IMG/VR virus record: IMGVR_UViG_3300024187_000005
Coordinates: 1 to 40,321 of that record
Origin: a virus
Length of the DNA stretch: 40,321 nt
Reading direction: 5' to 3' (one strand)
The notes under the pieces: generated by a model
What the model saw: only the letters and a program-made list of their open reading frames with translations
The model's database searches: none
Told to the model about the DNA's origin: nothing
Translations under genes and position numbers: made by a program
Shown here: positions 31,074 through 40,321 of the stretch, piece after piece
How positions within the stretch are numbered: the stretch's first letter is position 1
How the letters are laid out: every line of letters begins with the position of its first letter

Positions 31074-31451
31074 ATGCCTAGCACCTACGATCAGCACGTC
31101 GACCACCTGGCCCTGTCGTGCGAGACGATTCTCGGCTCGGCCGTGATCGACATGAAAACCGCGCAGGCGAATACCATCTTCGTGGCCGACCGGACGTGCA
31201 GGATTACGCGCGTCATCGTGCGCGATCCCTCGGCTTCGTTGGCTGGTGGCACGAGCTACAGCATCACGAACTTCCTGCAGACATTTTCGCTCGTGAACCT
31301 GACGACCGTGGCTGGGTACACCATCGTTCAGCCGACGGCGTTGGCGCTTTACACCGAGACCGCGGCGGGTACGGCGGTGCAGCTCACGGTCACGACTGGC
31401 AGCACGCTCGCGGCGACGGCCACGGTCGACGTGTTCGGCTATTACGCCTAG
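31074..31451 (+). CDS. Hypothetical beta-rich protein (125 aa)
   Basis: ATG after AAGGAGAACACG. Confidence 0.75.
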   Translation: MPSTYDQHVDHLALSCETILGSAVIDMKTAQANTIFVADRTCRITRVIVRDPSASLAGGTSYSITNFLQTFSLVNLTTVAGYTIVQPTALALYTETAAGTAVQLTVTTGSTLAATATVDVFGYYA

Positions 31452-31454
31452 GCC

Positions 31455-31727
31455 ATGACGCTCGCGGATTGGGCGGCGAAGATCGCGCGTTCCGCCATCG
31501 CGATCGAGGACATCCCGTACGGGCCCTGGAAGGGGTCCGTCGAGTCCATGTCGCCCGATCAGATCCCGCGTGAGTACGTAAACGGGCTCGTGTCGCACGA
31601 CATGTTGTACGTGCCGCGCACGGGTGCATGGGTGCGACGTGGCGGCCAGCAGATCAAGTTCGACACGCTGGCGGGCGGGACACTCGGGTACGGTGACAGC
31701 TACGGCGACAACTACGGAGGCGGATGA
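31455..31727 (+). CDS. Hypothetical 90-aa protein
   Basis: ATG 3 nt after the upstream TAG. Gly/Tyr-rich C-terminus GYGDSYGDNYGGG. Confidence 0.65.
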   Translation: MTLADWAAKIARSAIAIEDIPYGPWKGSVESMSPDQIPREYVNGLVSHDMLYVPRTGAWVRRGGQQIKFDTLAGGTLGYGDSYGDNYGGG

Positions 31728-34700
31728 TGAGCGGGTCGCTGCTGCCGAACCTGGGCCTGACCGGAGACATCGCGGATCACGCGGCATGGGGCGTGGCCGG
31801 ACGGGCGAACGACCGTCGACTCGACGCGCTCGTCATGGCGTCGGTCAAGGAGGTTCGCAACGACCCGCCCGGCGGTCCCGGAGACGGCGACCGCTACCTC
31901 ATCGACACCGCGCCGTCCGGTGCGTGGGCGACCCATGCCGGCCAGGTGGCAGCGTGGAACGGGACGACATGGCTCTACTACACGCCCAAGAAGGGCTGGT
32001 CGATCTACGTCGAATCCAATCGCACGGTCGAGCGGTTCCACGACGCTTGGACAGAGGAAGGCAACTCGGGCGGTGCCGTGTTCGACGTCACGAGCTATGG
32101 CGCCAAGGGCGACGGCGTCACGGACGATTCCGCCGCCGTGGTCGCGGCGCTGAACGCCGTGCCCGCTGGCAGCCGTTTGCGCTTCCCGTCGGGCACATAC
32201 CTGCTGTCGACCATCACGACCTACACGCTCAACAAGGCGCTGTGGATCTCGGGCGAGGGCATGGGGAACAGCGTCATCAAGGGCGCGGGCGTGGTCAATC
32301 TGTTGTCGATCTCGGCCAACTTCCGTTGCTCTGATCTCACGTTCGACACGTGGGGCATCGTGCTCGACTTCTCGCCCATCGCGAGCGTGCTTGACAAGGT
32401 GCGCATCGAGAACACCGAGATCAAGAACTTCGGCAAGGCGATCTACGCGCACAACACCAACGCAGGGTACGGCTTCCGTGGCTTCACCGTCGCCAATTGC
32501 CGGCTCGCGACTGGCACGAGTACCGGGATCTATCTGGACATCGCGATCATGGAGCGCGTCCATATCCACCACAACGAGATCTTGGACGTCTCGTCGCGCG
32601 GGATGGACATGGGCGCCAACGCGCTCGGCTTCGCGGACGATCGGGGCGAGTACCTGATCGAGCACAACATCGTGGACGGTGTGCGCACTACCGCCGCCAG
32701 CAGCCTCGGGATCGCCTGCTATGGATGGCGCGCAGCGATCGACGGCAATATCGTGCGTAACATCGTGCGCACGCCGACCGTCGCGGTGCCGACGGAGTCC
32801 GACTGCGACGGCATCTACACGAAATGCCGCTATGCCGAGATCACGAAGAACGTCCTGATCGACGCCGGGCAAGCTGAGGGTTTCATCAACATCAAGGGCG
32901 GCGCCAAGCGCGAGACCGTGATCCAGCCCTTCGGCTACGCGGTGCAGTGCGAGGGCAACATCCTGATCGACACGCAGTCGCCGTTCAACAACGTCTCGGT
33001 CGATCCCACGACCGACACGTTCACGTCGATTAGTGCGCCGAACGGCGTGCTGGGGCCGATTGTTCACAACATGAATGTTGGCGAGACGGTGCGCTTCAAC
33101 TCGTCCAGCATCATTCCCGCACCGCTCGTGGCTGACACGAACTACTACATCGTCGCTGTGCCGACCTCCTCGACGTTCCAGGTGTCGGCCACGCTCGGCG
33201 GTGCGGTGCTCGACATCACGTCTGCCGGCTCGGGCACGCACGGTGTCACGCGCTTCCCGCGCGCCATCCTCGGCGTGTTGGCGGCGCCTCCGGGCGGGAC
33301 TCCGAACGATGGCGACAGCTACTTCGTCGATGGCACCGTGTCGCTGTCAGGGGCGTTCATCGGCCACGGCGGCCAGCAGGCGACGTACAGTGCCGCGCTC
33401 GGCACGTGGGTGTTCGGCACGCGCTGGAAGCGGTCGAATGGGATCAAGCTGGCTACCTCCGAGGTGTTGTGCGCGAACAACTACCTCGAAGGCATCTGCG
33501 ACGCCGGCATCTACTTCGACAGCGACTCGGGCTCGGACGCGCCGGACAATAACCTGTGGGTGCGCGGCAACACGATCAAGAACCACGTCGGCCGTGCGGC
33601 GATCTCCATCTTCGGCCGTGGCAACCGGATCAGCGTCACTGACAACCGCATCGACACCGTGCACGGTATCTTCGCGGGTGGGCAGACGATGGGGATCGAC
33701 CTCTCCAACAAGGAGGGCTCGGACCTCGACATCAGCCGCAACCGCATCACGAACGTCGTGCTCGCGAGTTCGACGCCAGTCGGCATCTCGCTCTCGCCCA
33801 GCACCCTCAGCAAGTCGTTCTCGGTCGACGGCACCACGCACGCCGTCACGACCACCGCCTCGTCGAGCCCGTTCGGCCCGCTGGCGCACGCGTTCTCGAT
33901 CGGTGATCCGGTTGTGTTCGTCGACACCGGCGGCGGCATCCCGGCGAACGTGGTGTCGGGCACCCCCTACTACGTGCGCGACATCCTCAGTCCGAATAGC
34001 TTCACTGTGACCGTGACGCCCGGCGGCGTGGGCGCGCTGCTCTTGATCGGCGCGTTCGCCGCGGGCTCGACGACCCTCGTTTACAAGAAGGTCACGCTCA
34101 GCGGCTGGACGATCAGGGACAACTACGTCGACGGTGCCAGGTATGGGATTCAGGTCACGGTCAACCAGACCTATCTCGCCGTCGACCAGGTGTACATGCT
34201 CCACAACATGGGGCGCAACATCAACGGCAGCGTGATCCCGGCGGCGGGCGACCTCGTCAAGTACACCGACACCCCGAGCAACCTGACCGACATTCCGGCG
34301 TCGGCCGCGGGCGGTGTGCCGGCGGTGATCATCTCGGGTGCCAACCTCGGGGTGATGAAAAGCGGGCTCAACGCGCAGGAAATGCGGATCTACTCGACCG
34401 ACGACGGCGCGGGCAACACCAAGTACCTGTCGCTGCGCGGTGATCCGACGCACCTGACGATCGACGGCGTCATCACCGGATCCGCGACGCAGGGCAACCT
34501 CGAGTGGCAACTGAACGGCGCGCGCGTGATGCTCATGACGTCGAGTAGCCTGCAGCCCAACGTCTCGAACGCGCAGGATCTTGGTGCCAGCGGCAATCAG
34601 TGGCGCAATCTCTGGCTGACCGGGAACCTCGTGTTATCTGGTGCGGGCAAGACGGTCACGTTTGACCAGACCAACACCGGTACAGTCGGCGCGGTCACCA

Positions 34701-34930
34701 TCAATAAGATGAACGGCAGCGTGATCGTGGCGTCCGGGCAATCGTCCGTGGTGCTCACGAACAACCTGCTGACCGCGACGTCGCACGTCTTCTGCACGCT
34801 GCGCACGGCCGACGGTACCAACTTCATCAAGTCCGTCGTGTACTCGGCCACGCCAAGCCCGCAGGTCACGATCACGCTCAACGCGGCCGCAGGTGCCAAT
34901 CTGACGGTCGACTTCGTGGTGTTCAGCTAA
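31724..34930 (+). CDS. Tailspike / depolymerase with pectate-lyase-like right-handed beta-helix
   Basis: The N-terminus (GDGDRYLIDTAPSGAWATHAGQVAAWNGTTWLYYTPKKGW) resembles the DUF2793-type fibre N-domain. It is followed by FDVTSYGAKGDGVTDDSAAVVAALNAV, the pectate_lyase_3 signature. Length 1068 aa. Confidence 0.85.
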   Translation: MMSGSLLPNLGLTGDIADHAAWGVAGRANDRRLDALVMASVKEVRNDPPGGPGDGDRYLIDTAPSGAWATHAGQVAAWNGTTWLYYTPKKGWSIYVESNRTVERFHDAWTEEGNSGGAVFDVTSYGAKGDGVTDDSAAVVAALNAVPAGSRLRFPSGTYLLSTITTYTLNKALWISGEGMGNSVIKGAGVVNLLSISANFRCSDLTFDTWGIVLDFSPIASVLDKVRIENTEIKNFGKAIYAHNTNAGYGFRGFTVANCRLATGTSTGIYLDIAIMERVHIHHNEILDVSSRGMDMGANALGFADDRGEYLIEHNIVDGVRTTAASSLGIACYGWRAAIDGNIVRNIVRTPTVAVPTESDCDGIYTKCRYAEITKNVLIDAGQAEGFINIKGGAKRETVIQPFGYAVQCEGNILIDTQSPFNNVSVDPTTDTFTSISAPNGVLGPIVHNMNVGETVRFNSSSIIPAPLVADTNYYIVAVPTSSTFQVSATLGGAVLDITSAGSGTHGVTRFPRAILGVLAAPPGGTPNDGDSYFVDGTVSLSGAFIGHGGQQATYSAALGTWVFGTRWKRSNGIKLATSEVLCANNYLEGICDAGIYFDSDSGSDAPDNNLWVRGNTIKNHVGRAAISIFGRGNRISVTDNRIDTVHGIFAGGQTMGIDLSNKEGSDLDISRNRITNVVLASSTPVGISLSPSTLSKSFSVDGTTHAVTTTASSSPFGPLAHAFSIGDPVVFVDTGGGIPANVVSGTPYYVRDILSPNSFTVTVTPGGVGALLLIGAFAAGSTTLVYKKVTLSGWTIRDNYVDGARYGIQVTVNQTYLAVDQVYMLHNMGRNINGSVIPAAGDLVKYTDTPSNLTDIPASAAGGVPAVIISGANLGVMKSGLNAQEMRIYSTDDGAGNTKYLSLRGDPTHLTIDGVITGSATQGNLEWQLNGARVMLMTSSSLQPNVSNAQDLGASGNQWRNLWLTGNLVLSGAGKTVTFDQTNTGTVGAVTINKMNGSVIVASGQSSVVLTNNLLTATSHVFCTLRTADGTNFIKSVVYSATPSPQVTITLNAAAGANLTVDFVVFS

Positions 34931-37900
34931 TGTCCGACGCCTTCCCGCCGCTCGACCGCGCCGACTTCGTGATGCCAGAGGCCACCGGCCTCCTGCCGGC
35001 CAAGTGGGGGGCCAAGTGCCGGCACCTGGACGAGTACGCGGGTCCGTTCGCGGGCGATGCCGTGCCGACGCTGATTGCGCTGCTGACGAAGGAGACGGTC
35101 GGCTCCGGGCTCGACGACGGCTGGTTCTCGAACGTGTGGCTGCGCGATCAGGTCAACAACGCGAATTACACGCTGGGCTCGGAGTACGACGCGACGACCT
35201 ATCCGCAACTCGGCACGCCCCAGAACTACCGTGTGGTGCCCGAGTGGTACGAGTCGGGCGATGGCGGCCTGACGCGTGGTGTCTCGGAGTTCGCGCGGCG
35301 CTTCTTCGCCTCCGGCTCACGGCGCTTCCTCAAAGTCGGGCGTTGGTGGTACTTCCCGAACCTGCGCGGCACGCCGCTGCGCTGGGACGGTGCCAAGGCC
35401 GACAACGCCACGTCCAGCACGCACGTGATCCCCTCAGGCCCGCTGCCGCCGACGCATGCCGGCACGCTGGCGCCCGGCAACCTCGTGTCGGGCGAGTTGG
35501 CCGACGTCCACGTCGTGCCCGATTCGGATGTCACGGTCACGTCGTGGAAAACCGAGGCGGGCGGCACGAGCAACCTGTGGGACTCGATCAACCAGTCTCC
35601 GGACGGCGTCCATTACATCCAGAGCGACGCGGGCGCCAATGGGCGGTACGAAGGCGGCACGGTGAACTTGGGGATCGTGCCTGCGGTCGACAGCACCGTG
35701 ACGATCCGCTATTGGGCGCGGCGTGCGACCGGGAACTTCTACGCCGGCACTGGGCTGCGCGTATCGGTCATCAAGGCGACCACGGTCGTTGCTCAGTCGC
35801 CCGCGCTGTTGCTGCTCACGACCACGCCGACCGAGTACTCATTCACGCTGACGCCGGCACAGATCACGGCGGTGGGGACCACGCTGGCCGACTGGAACGA
35901 TGTGCGGCTGCGTTTCGATGTCGTGGGCGCCACCGCCACCAGCTACTACGCGCAGGTGGAGTTCGCGGGAATCGACTACGCCCCTGCGGTCGCGGCGCTC
36001 GAAGGTTCGTGGCAGGGGAGCACGCGCTTCCTGCGCGCGGTCGCCTACCGCTTCGAGGACGGCAGCGTCTGGGCGCCGAGCGTGCCGCGGGTGCCGAGCG
36101 ACGATCTACCGGCGGGGTTCGCGATGACCACGGTGGACGCCGCCAATCCGACCGGGCGTTTTGCGTACGTCAAGTGGTCCAACATCCCGATTGGTCCCAA
36201 GGGCTGTACGGGCCGGATCCTGCTGCGTTCGCTGAGCGTCGATAGCACACTCCCCGGCGAGGAATTGAAGCTCAATCCCTACGACCTGCGCGTGGTGTGG
36301 GAGCTGACCGACAACAGCACGACCGAGTACCTCGACTACCAGGCGGACGACCTGTCGCTGGCCGAGGACGCCTCGGGCTCGTTCATCCGCTACGATCACC
36401 TGATGCCGCCGCGCGCCCGCTACATCGCGGGCGGCGACATGCGCATCGTCCACGCCTACGGCGGCCGCAACCCATGCGCGATCGAGGTTGCGCCGGTGGG
36501 GCGCGTCGCGGACTACGACCTGAACTTGGCGGACAGCGATCCTGCACTCTACGCGTCGCTCGGCTCCTATTTCCGCGTGAACTACAGTGCGACCTTCGGC
36601 AACACGTTGGAGTTGGTGCAGAGCGATCGCGGTGCAACGCTGCATTCGCTGATCTTGAGCCTCACCACCTACGACACGCTGCAGAAGCTGGTGGATCGCA
36701 TCAACGCGACGTCGGTTGCCACCGATACCGTCCAGTTCCGCGCACAGCTCTGCCCCGGCGCCAACCCTGCGGCACCGTCTGCCACGTGTCTGACGCCACA
36801 CTGCCGCGACATCGCGAATGTGTTCACGTTTACCATCGGCACACCGAACATCACGTGCGCCTCGGGTGCGTCCAAGATCGCGGTAGGAACGATGGTGTAC
36901 TCGTCGCGACTGGCGGCCGGCGTGTACGTGAAGCGCATCGTGTCGGACACGGCGCTCGAGTTGTCGGGTAACGCGACCTCGTCGGGCACGGACACGCCGT
37001 TCTTCTGGTTCGACCTGGGCGACACGATCCTCGCCGCGCCGCCATTCCCGACCCACGTGCTCGGCTTTCAGCGCGTGATCTCCAACTCGCTGCCGGGCTT
37101 CATCTACTTCAACGCCTCGTACTTGAACGAAGATCCGGTCGACCCGTCAGCGGTGTGGATGACGGTCGGTACGCCGGGCTCGTTCAAGTCGGCGCCCAAC
37201 AGCTTCTCGGGCAAGCTCGCAAACCGCTTCAAGCCGCCGACTCACGCCGGGATCGCGATGGGCGGCGGGGCCGTAGATCAGGGCTTCGTGCTGCCGTTCT
37301 CGGGCGGAAACTACGTGCTGATGAACACGCGCGACACGTCGAGCGGGATCGACGAGGACTACAAGCTGATCGAACGCAACCCGCACCGCGGCTGTATCGC
37401 ATGGGCGACGGTCGCGGGCGGCGGCCGTTTCGTCGTGTTCCTGACCTCCGAGGGCTATGTGGCCGCGGACCTCAGGAGCGAGCGGCTGATCTCGGAGGCG
37501 ATCTACCAGCACGGACGCATCCCGCTCGGCAGTCTGTCCTGGGAGATCGCGCAGTGCATCGCGGCGACTGCGGCCGACACGGATGGTGCCTACGCAACGG
37601 CGCGCATCATGCGCTCGGCGTTGTGGCTTAACTACCGCTCGGGCTCGAGCGCGGCCGCGCACCCGGACATGCAGGTAGTGCTCGACTTCTCGTCGGGCAA
37701 GGACTCGAACGGGCTCGATGCGCTGTTCCGTGCCGCGAACGAGCCGTGGGGATGGTCGACGCGCCTGCTGCGTTCGCTCACCGCCATGTGCGAAGGACGC
37801 CGCGCCGACGGCGGCCATCTCTACGGCTGGAACGAGCTGAACCAAGGCGCCACAGGTGACGGGCGTGTCGACGAGTTCGAGGTGGGCGACGCGGATAACG

Positions 37901-38226
37901 GGGTCGTGTTCGATGCCGAAGTCCGCACGCCATGGGAGCGGTTCGGGCGCACCTTCGAGATCTCGGGGCAGGAGGTGGTGGTGGAGCATCGCGCGCTGCC
38001 CGGCTCGACCGTGCTGCTCGATTTCCACCGCTCGTACCAGGATGACGTGGTGACCCTGACCTTGACGCCCACGGCGTTAGACGTGTTGCCGGAGTTGAAA
38101 CTCCTGCCGCAACGCAGCCGGGCAGCCACGGCCGCCGTGTGCATGGGGTATCGTCAGACGGTGGGCGAGGCGTCCGAGCTGCGCAAGCTGACGCTGCGGG
38201 CCAAGAAGATCCCGTCGTACAAATAG
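34930..38226 (+). CDS. Large virion-associated protein (1098 aa; tail tube/nozzle candidate by size and position)
   Basis: TAATG overlap with the upstream gene. One uninterrupted ORF. Several antisense and overlapping ORFs were rejected as shadow. No motif recognised. Confidence 0.7.
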   Translation: MSDAFPPLDRADFVMPEATGLLPAKWGAKCRHLDEYAGPFAGDAVPTLIALLTKETVGSGLDDGWFSNVWLRDQVNNANYTLGSEYDATTYPQLGTPQNYRVVPEWYESGDGGLTRGVSEFARRFFASGSRRFLKVGRWWYFPNLRGTPLRWDGAKADNATSSTHVIPSGPLPPTHAGTLAPGNLVSGELADVHVVPDSDVTVTSWKTEAGGTSNLWDSINQSPDGVHYIQSDAGANGRYEGGTVNLGIVPAVDSTVTIRYWARRATGNFYAGTGLRVSVIKATTVVAQSPALLLLTTTPTEYSFTLTPAQITAVGTTLADWNDVRLRFDVVGATATSYYAQVEFAGIDYAPAVAALEGSWQGSTRFLRAVAYRFEDGSVWAPSVPRVPSDDLPAGFAMTTVDAANPTGRFAYVKWSNIPIGPKGCTGRILLRSLSVDSTLPGEELKLNPYDLRVVWELTDNSTTEYLDYQADDLSLAEDASGSFIRYDHLMPPRARYIAGGDMRIVHAYGGRNPCAIEVAPVGRVADYDLNLADSDPALYASLGSYFRVNYSATFGNTLELVQSDRGATLHSLILSLTTYDTLQKLVDRINATSVATDTVQFRAQLCPGANPAAPSATCLTPHCRDIANVFTFTIGTPNITCASGASKIAVGTMVYSSRLAAGVYVKRIVSDTALELSGNATSSGTDTPFFWFDLGDTILAAPPFPTHVLGFQRVISNSLPGFIYFNASYLNEDPVDPSAVWMTVGTPGSFKSAPNSFSGKLANRFKPPTHAGIAMGGGAVDQGFVLPFSGGNYVLMNTRDTSSGIDEDYKLIERNPHRGCIAWATVAGGGRFVVFLTSEGYVAADLRSERLISEAIYQHGRIPLGSLSWEIAQCIAATAADTDGAYATARIMRSALWLNYRSGSSAAAHPDMQVVLDFSSGKDSNGLDALFRAANEPWGWSTRLLRSLTAMCEGRRADGGHLYGWNELNQGATGDGRVDEFEVGDADNGVVFDAEVRTPWERFGRTFEISGQEVVVEHRALPGSTVLLDFHRSYQDDVVTLTLTPTALDVLPELKLLPQRSRAATAAVCMGYRQTVGEASELRKLTLRAKKIPSYK

Positions 38227-38236
38227 GAGGCGTGTG

Positions 38237-38734
38237 ATGGCATTCGATCCCAATAACCCGTTCGCGGGTGGCTTTGAGCAGGGAGCGGGCGGCCTCGTGC
38301 GCCAGGCGGCGGGGCAAGGCTACTTCACGCCCGGCGGCTCGCAGGCGTACCGCATGACCATGCGGCGCCGGCTGCTGCAGTCGGGCGCCTCGCAGCGCCA
38401 GCGGGCGATGGTGCTTGCGCATCTCGCTGGACTCAGCGGGATCGGCCAGCAGCAGGCGATGGTGGACGCGAATCAGAACATCGCGGGCGACCAGGCTAAT
38501 GCGCTCAACAACTTCGACACGCAGCAGTACGGAGCGGATCAGGGCTTCTTCCGCGGGCTCTTGGGTCAGCAGCTCGGCCACGAGGACCAACTGAGTCAGC
38601 AGCATCAGGCGTTCTTGGGCGGCCTCGGCAGTCTGATCGGGAACCTCGGTATTGGGTATCTGACGGGAGGCTTTGGTGGCAGGAAGGCCAGCGTCCATCC
38701 GGCACTCGACCCCGGAGTCGGTGGGACGTACTGA
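38237..38734 (+). CDS. Gly/Gln-rich internal-virion-like protein
   Basis: ATG 6 nt after AGGAGG (38225..38230). Low-complexity Gln/Gly sequence. Confidence 0.7.
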   Translation: MAFDPNNPFAGGFEQGAGGLVRQAAGQGYFTPGGSQAYRMTMRRRLLQSGASQRQRAMVLAHLAGLSGIGQQQAMVDANQNIAGDQANALNNFDTQQYGADQGFFRGLLGQQLGHEDQLSQQHQAFLGGLGSLIGNLGIGYLTGGFGGRKASVHPALDPGVGGTY

Positions 38735-38735
38735 C

Positions 38736-40145
38736 ATGCCCCCGCTCGATCCGCTGCACGCGCACATCTTAGCCGGAGGCGACTCCGGCCTGACCGACGC
38801 CGAGCTGCACGCCTACAACGGTGCGCACGCGGCCGACATGCTCGGCATCGATCCCAATTCCGACGCGGCACTCGGCATCGAGGCGCCGGCGTACGACAAC
38901 ACGCCCGAGCAGGATTTCAACGCCACGCCGCTCGATGCGTTCCTCGAGAAGTTCGCCGCGGGCGGCCTGCCGGCGGGACTCGCGGCGCCGCGCGGATTCG
39001 GGCAGGGATTGGTGTCAGGTGTTGCGCGTGGGGCGATCGGGCAGGGGCAGGAGGTGGCCGACCGCCGCAAGAAGTTCGAGGCTGCGCAGCTCGTGCGGCA
39101 GGCGCAGAAGGATCGCGCGAACCTGGAGGCCACGCAGAAGTATCGGGACGCGCGCGGGACCGCACTGCGGGACAAGATCAAGGCCGACCGCGACGCGAAG
39201 GATAAGCAGGCCGTGTACGAGCGCGACAACCCGCTCGTAACGCCCGAGGTTGCGGCGCAGCAGCCGGAACTGGGGCGGCTCGTCGGCCAGCGCGTGCCGC
39301 AGGCATGGCTCAAGCCGACCGCGAGCGCCCAGCAGTTGCAGGACGAGGCGTTCGCCCGCACGAAGGGAGCGAATCTCGCGGACAGTCAGTTCCCGAAACC
39401 CGCCACGACCGCGCCGGCGGATGAGGTGAAGCTGTCGCCTGACGCGCTCGATGCACTCGTGAAGCTGCGCATCGCAGGCGGCCCCGATCCGTCGTTCGGT
39501 ATGGGGAAGGCCGGCGTCGCGAACAAGGTCAACTACTACAACCGACTCGGCCAGATGATGAGCGGGAAGAACCCGACCGAGATCCTGGCGAACAAGGCCA
39601 ACGTGAAGGCCGAGGGCGAGAACATCGCTAAACTCACCGCCCAGCGCGGATTCCTCGCGTCGTACGGCGAGATGGTGAACAAGAACGCCGACACGATGCT
39701 CGGCACGATCGACAAGATCCCTGATACGGGAATCCCGGCCTTCAACGGACTCATTCGTCCCGCGATGGAACACTTCCTCGGGAACGCGGACATCAGCGCG
39801 TTCAATGCAGCGATCGAGGCGTCGCGTACAGAGTTCGCCCGGATTCTCGGCAGTGGCATTACTGGCGGCGGAGTGCTCACCGACAGCCAGAAGAAGGACG
39901 TGCGCGCGGTGCTCGGCAACAACTTCACGCGCAAGCAGCTCAAGAGCGCAGTCAGAATCCTGAAAATCGACGCGCGCAACCGGGTAACGACCAACGAGGA
40001 CGCGATCGCGCAGAGCCAGGCGCGGCTGCTCGGAATCGGCAACACGCCAGCTCCCGGCAGTCCCGAGTCGCGCATCACGACCAAGCCCGCGACGCTCCGC
40101 TGGAATCCGGCAACGGGCAAGGTCGAACCGATCGGAGGCCGCTGA
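38736..40145 (+). CDS. Internal-virion-like protein (469 aa)
   Basis: ATG at 38736, 1 nt after the upstream TGA. Lys/Ala/Gln-rich helical regions. Its TGA overlaps the next ATG (ATGA at 40145). Confidence 0.7.
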   Translation: MPPLDPLHAHILAGGDSGLTDAELHAYNGAHAADMLGIDPNSDAALGIEAPAYDNTPEQDFNATPLDAFLEKFAAGGLPAGLAAPRGFGQGLVSGVARGAIGQGQEVADRRKKFEAAQLVRQAQKDRANLEATQKYRDARGTALRDKIKADRDAKDKQAVYERDNPLVTPEVAAQQPELGRLVGQRVPQAWLKPTASAQQLQDEAFARTKGANLADSQFPKPATTAPADEVKLSPDALDALVKLRIAGGPDPSFGMGKAGVANKVNYYNRLGQMMSGKNPTEILANKANVKAEGENIAKLTAQRGFLASYGEMVNKNADTMLGTIDKIPDTGIPAFNGLIRPAMEHFLGNADISAFNAAIEASRTEFARILGSGITGGGVLTDSQKKDVRAVLGNNFTRKQLKSAVRILKIDARNRVTTNEDAIAQSQARLLGIGNTPAPGSPESRITTKPATLRWNPATGKVEPIGGR

Positions 40146-40321
40146 TGCCGGTGGTCGATATCCCCGGAGTGGGAGCCGTCGAGTTCCCCGATTCGATGGG
40201 CACCGATGCGATCAACGCCGCAGCGGGGCGGCTGGCGGCGAACTCGAGCACGCCGGATACGACGGCTGGCGGGAACAGCATCAGCCCGTGGGCGGTGGGT
40301 GCCGGCGCCGTGGGCGTTGGT
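40145..40321 (+). CDS. 5' part of the junction-spanning gene (continues as 2..1342)
   Basis: ATG at 40145 (ATGA overlap). MPVVDIPGVGAVEFPDSMGTDAINAAAGRL... From 40196 on it is identical to 2..127. Confidence 0.8.
   Translation, partial: MPVVDIPGVGAVEFPDSMGTDAINAAAGRLAANSSTPDTTAGGNSISPWAVGAGAVGVG
40195..40321. repeat. Second copy of the 127-bp terminal duplication
   Basis: Identical to 1..127. Confidence 0.95.

Noticed and set aside
24014-38767. Long antisense or out-of-frame ORFs across the structural region (e.g. 24014..24802-, 25713..26747-, 26707..27768-, 29561..30837-, 30864..31787-, 31712..33241-, 33075..34010+, 33347..34510-, 35004..36245+, 36106..37056-, 37147..38028-, 37778..38767-)
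   Set aside because: These are typical high-GC shadow ORFs. Their products are dominated by Arg/Ala/Gly/Pro, they lack SDs and coupling, and each lies fully inside a sense-strand gene with strong third-position GC bias and recognisable protein features.
1-40321. CRISPR arrays, transposases or IS elements, toxin-antitoxin pairs
   Set aside because: I found no regularly spaced direct repeats and no transposase-like or integrase-like ORFs. The small gene pairs in the early operon have no recognisable toxin or antitoxin motifs.

Overview
The window is a complete, GC-rich tailed-phage genome (about two-thirds G+C by eye, not computed). The first 127 nt recur exactly at the end (1..127 = 40195..40321). 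The unique length is therefore 40,194 bp, the contig closes into a circle or is terminally redundant, and one gene (40145 -> 1342) crosses the junction. Coding is very dense, with many ATGA/GTGA stop-start overlaps and many GTG starts, and falls into two blocks. Block 1 is a leftward early operon (5485..12163, minus strand). It starts at an XRE-type HTH regulator and carries two DEDD-type 3'-5' exonucleases, a PD-(D/E)XK exonuclease, an SSB-like protein with an acidic tail, zinc-ribbon proteins, two coupled membrane micropeptides, and an HNH homing endonuclease in an AT-richer patch. Block 2 is a rightward unit (12455 -> across the junction -> 5438). In order it contains a small TM protein, an orphan beta-class DNA methyltransferase, a DUF1376-type replication-associated gene with an embedded iteron/palindrome cluster (candidate origin), and an accessory island (14602..19982). 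The island holds a CsrA homolog, two paralogous TolB/PL22-like beta-propeller proteins, an Ig-like protein, a TM protein, tRNA(CAU) and two paralogous secreted proteins. The unit continues with TerL, portal, scaffold, major capsid, tail/adaptor proteins, a beta-helix tailspike, a 1098-aa protein, internal-virion-like proteins, a repeat-containing tail fibre and a lysis cassette (T4-type lysozyme plus three membrane proteins). I found no DNA polymerase, primase, helicase, RNA polymerase, integrase, CRISPR array or reverse transcriptase. Two consensus TTGACA promoters and a possible leaderless HTH gene mark the divergent control region. Function calls rest on motifs I recognise by eye. No database search was run. 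Most start codons were chosen from SD spacing and stop-start coupling and may be off by a few codons.
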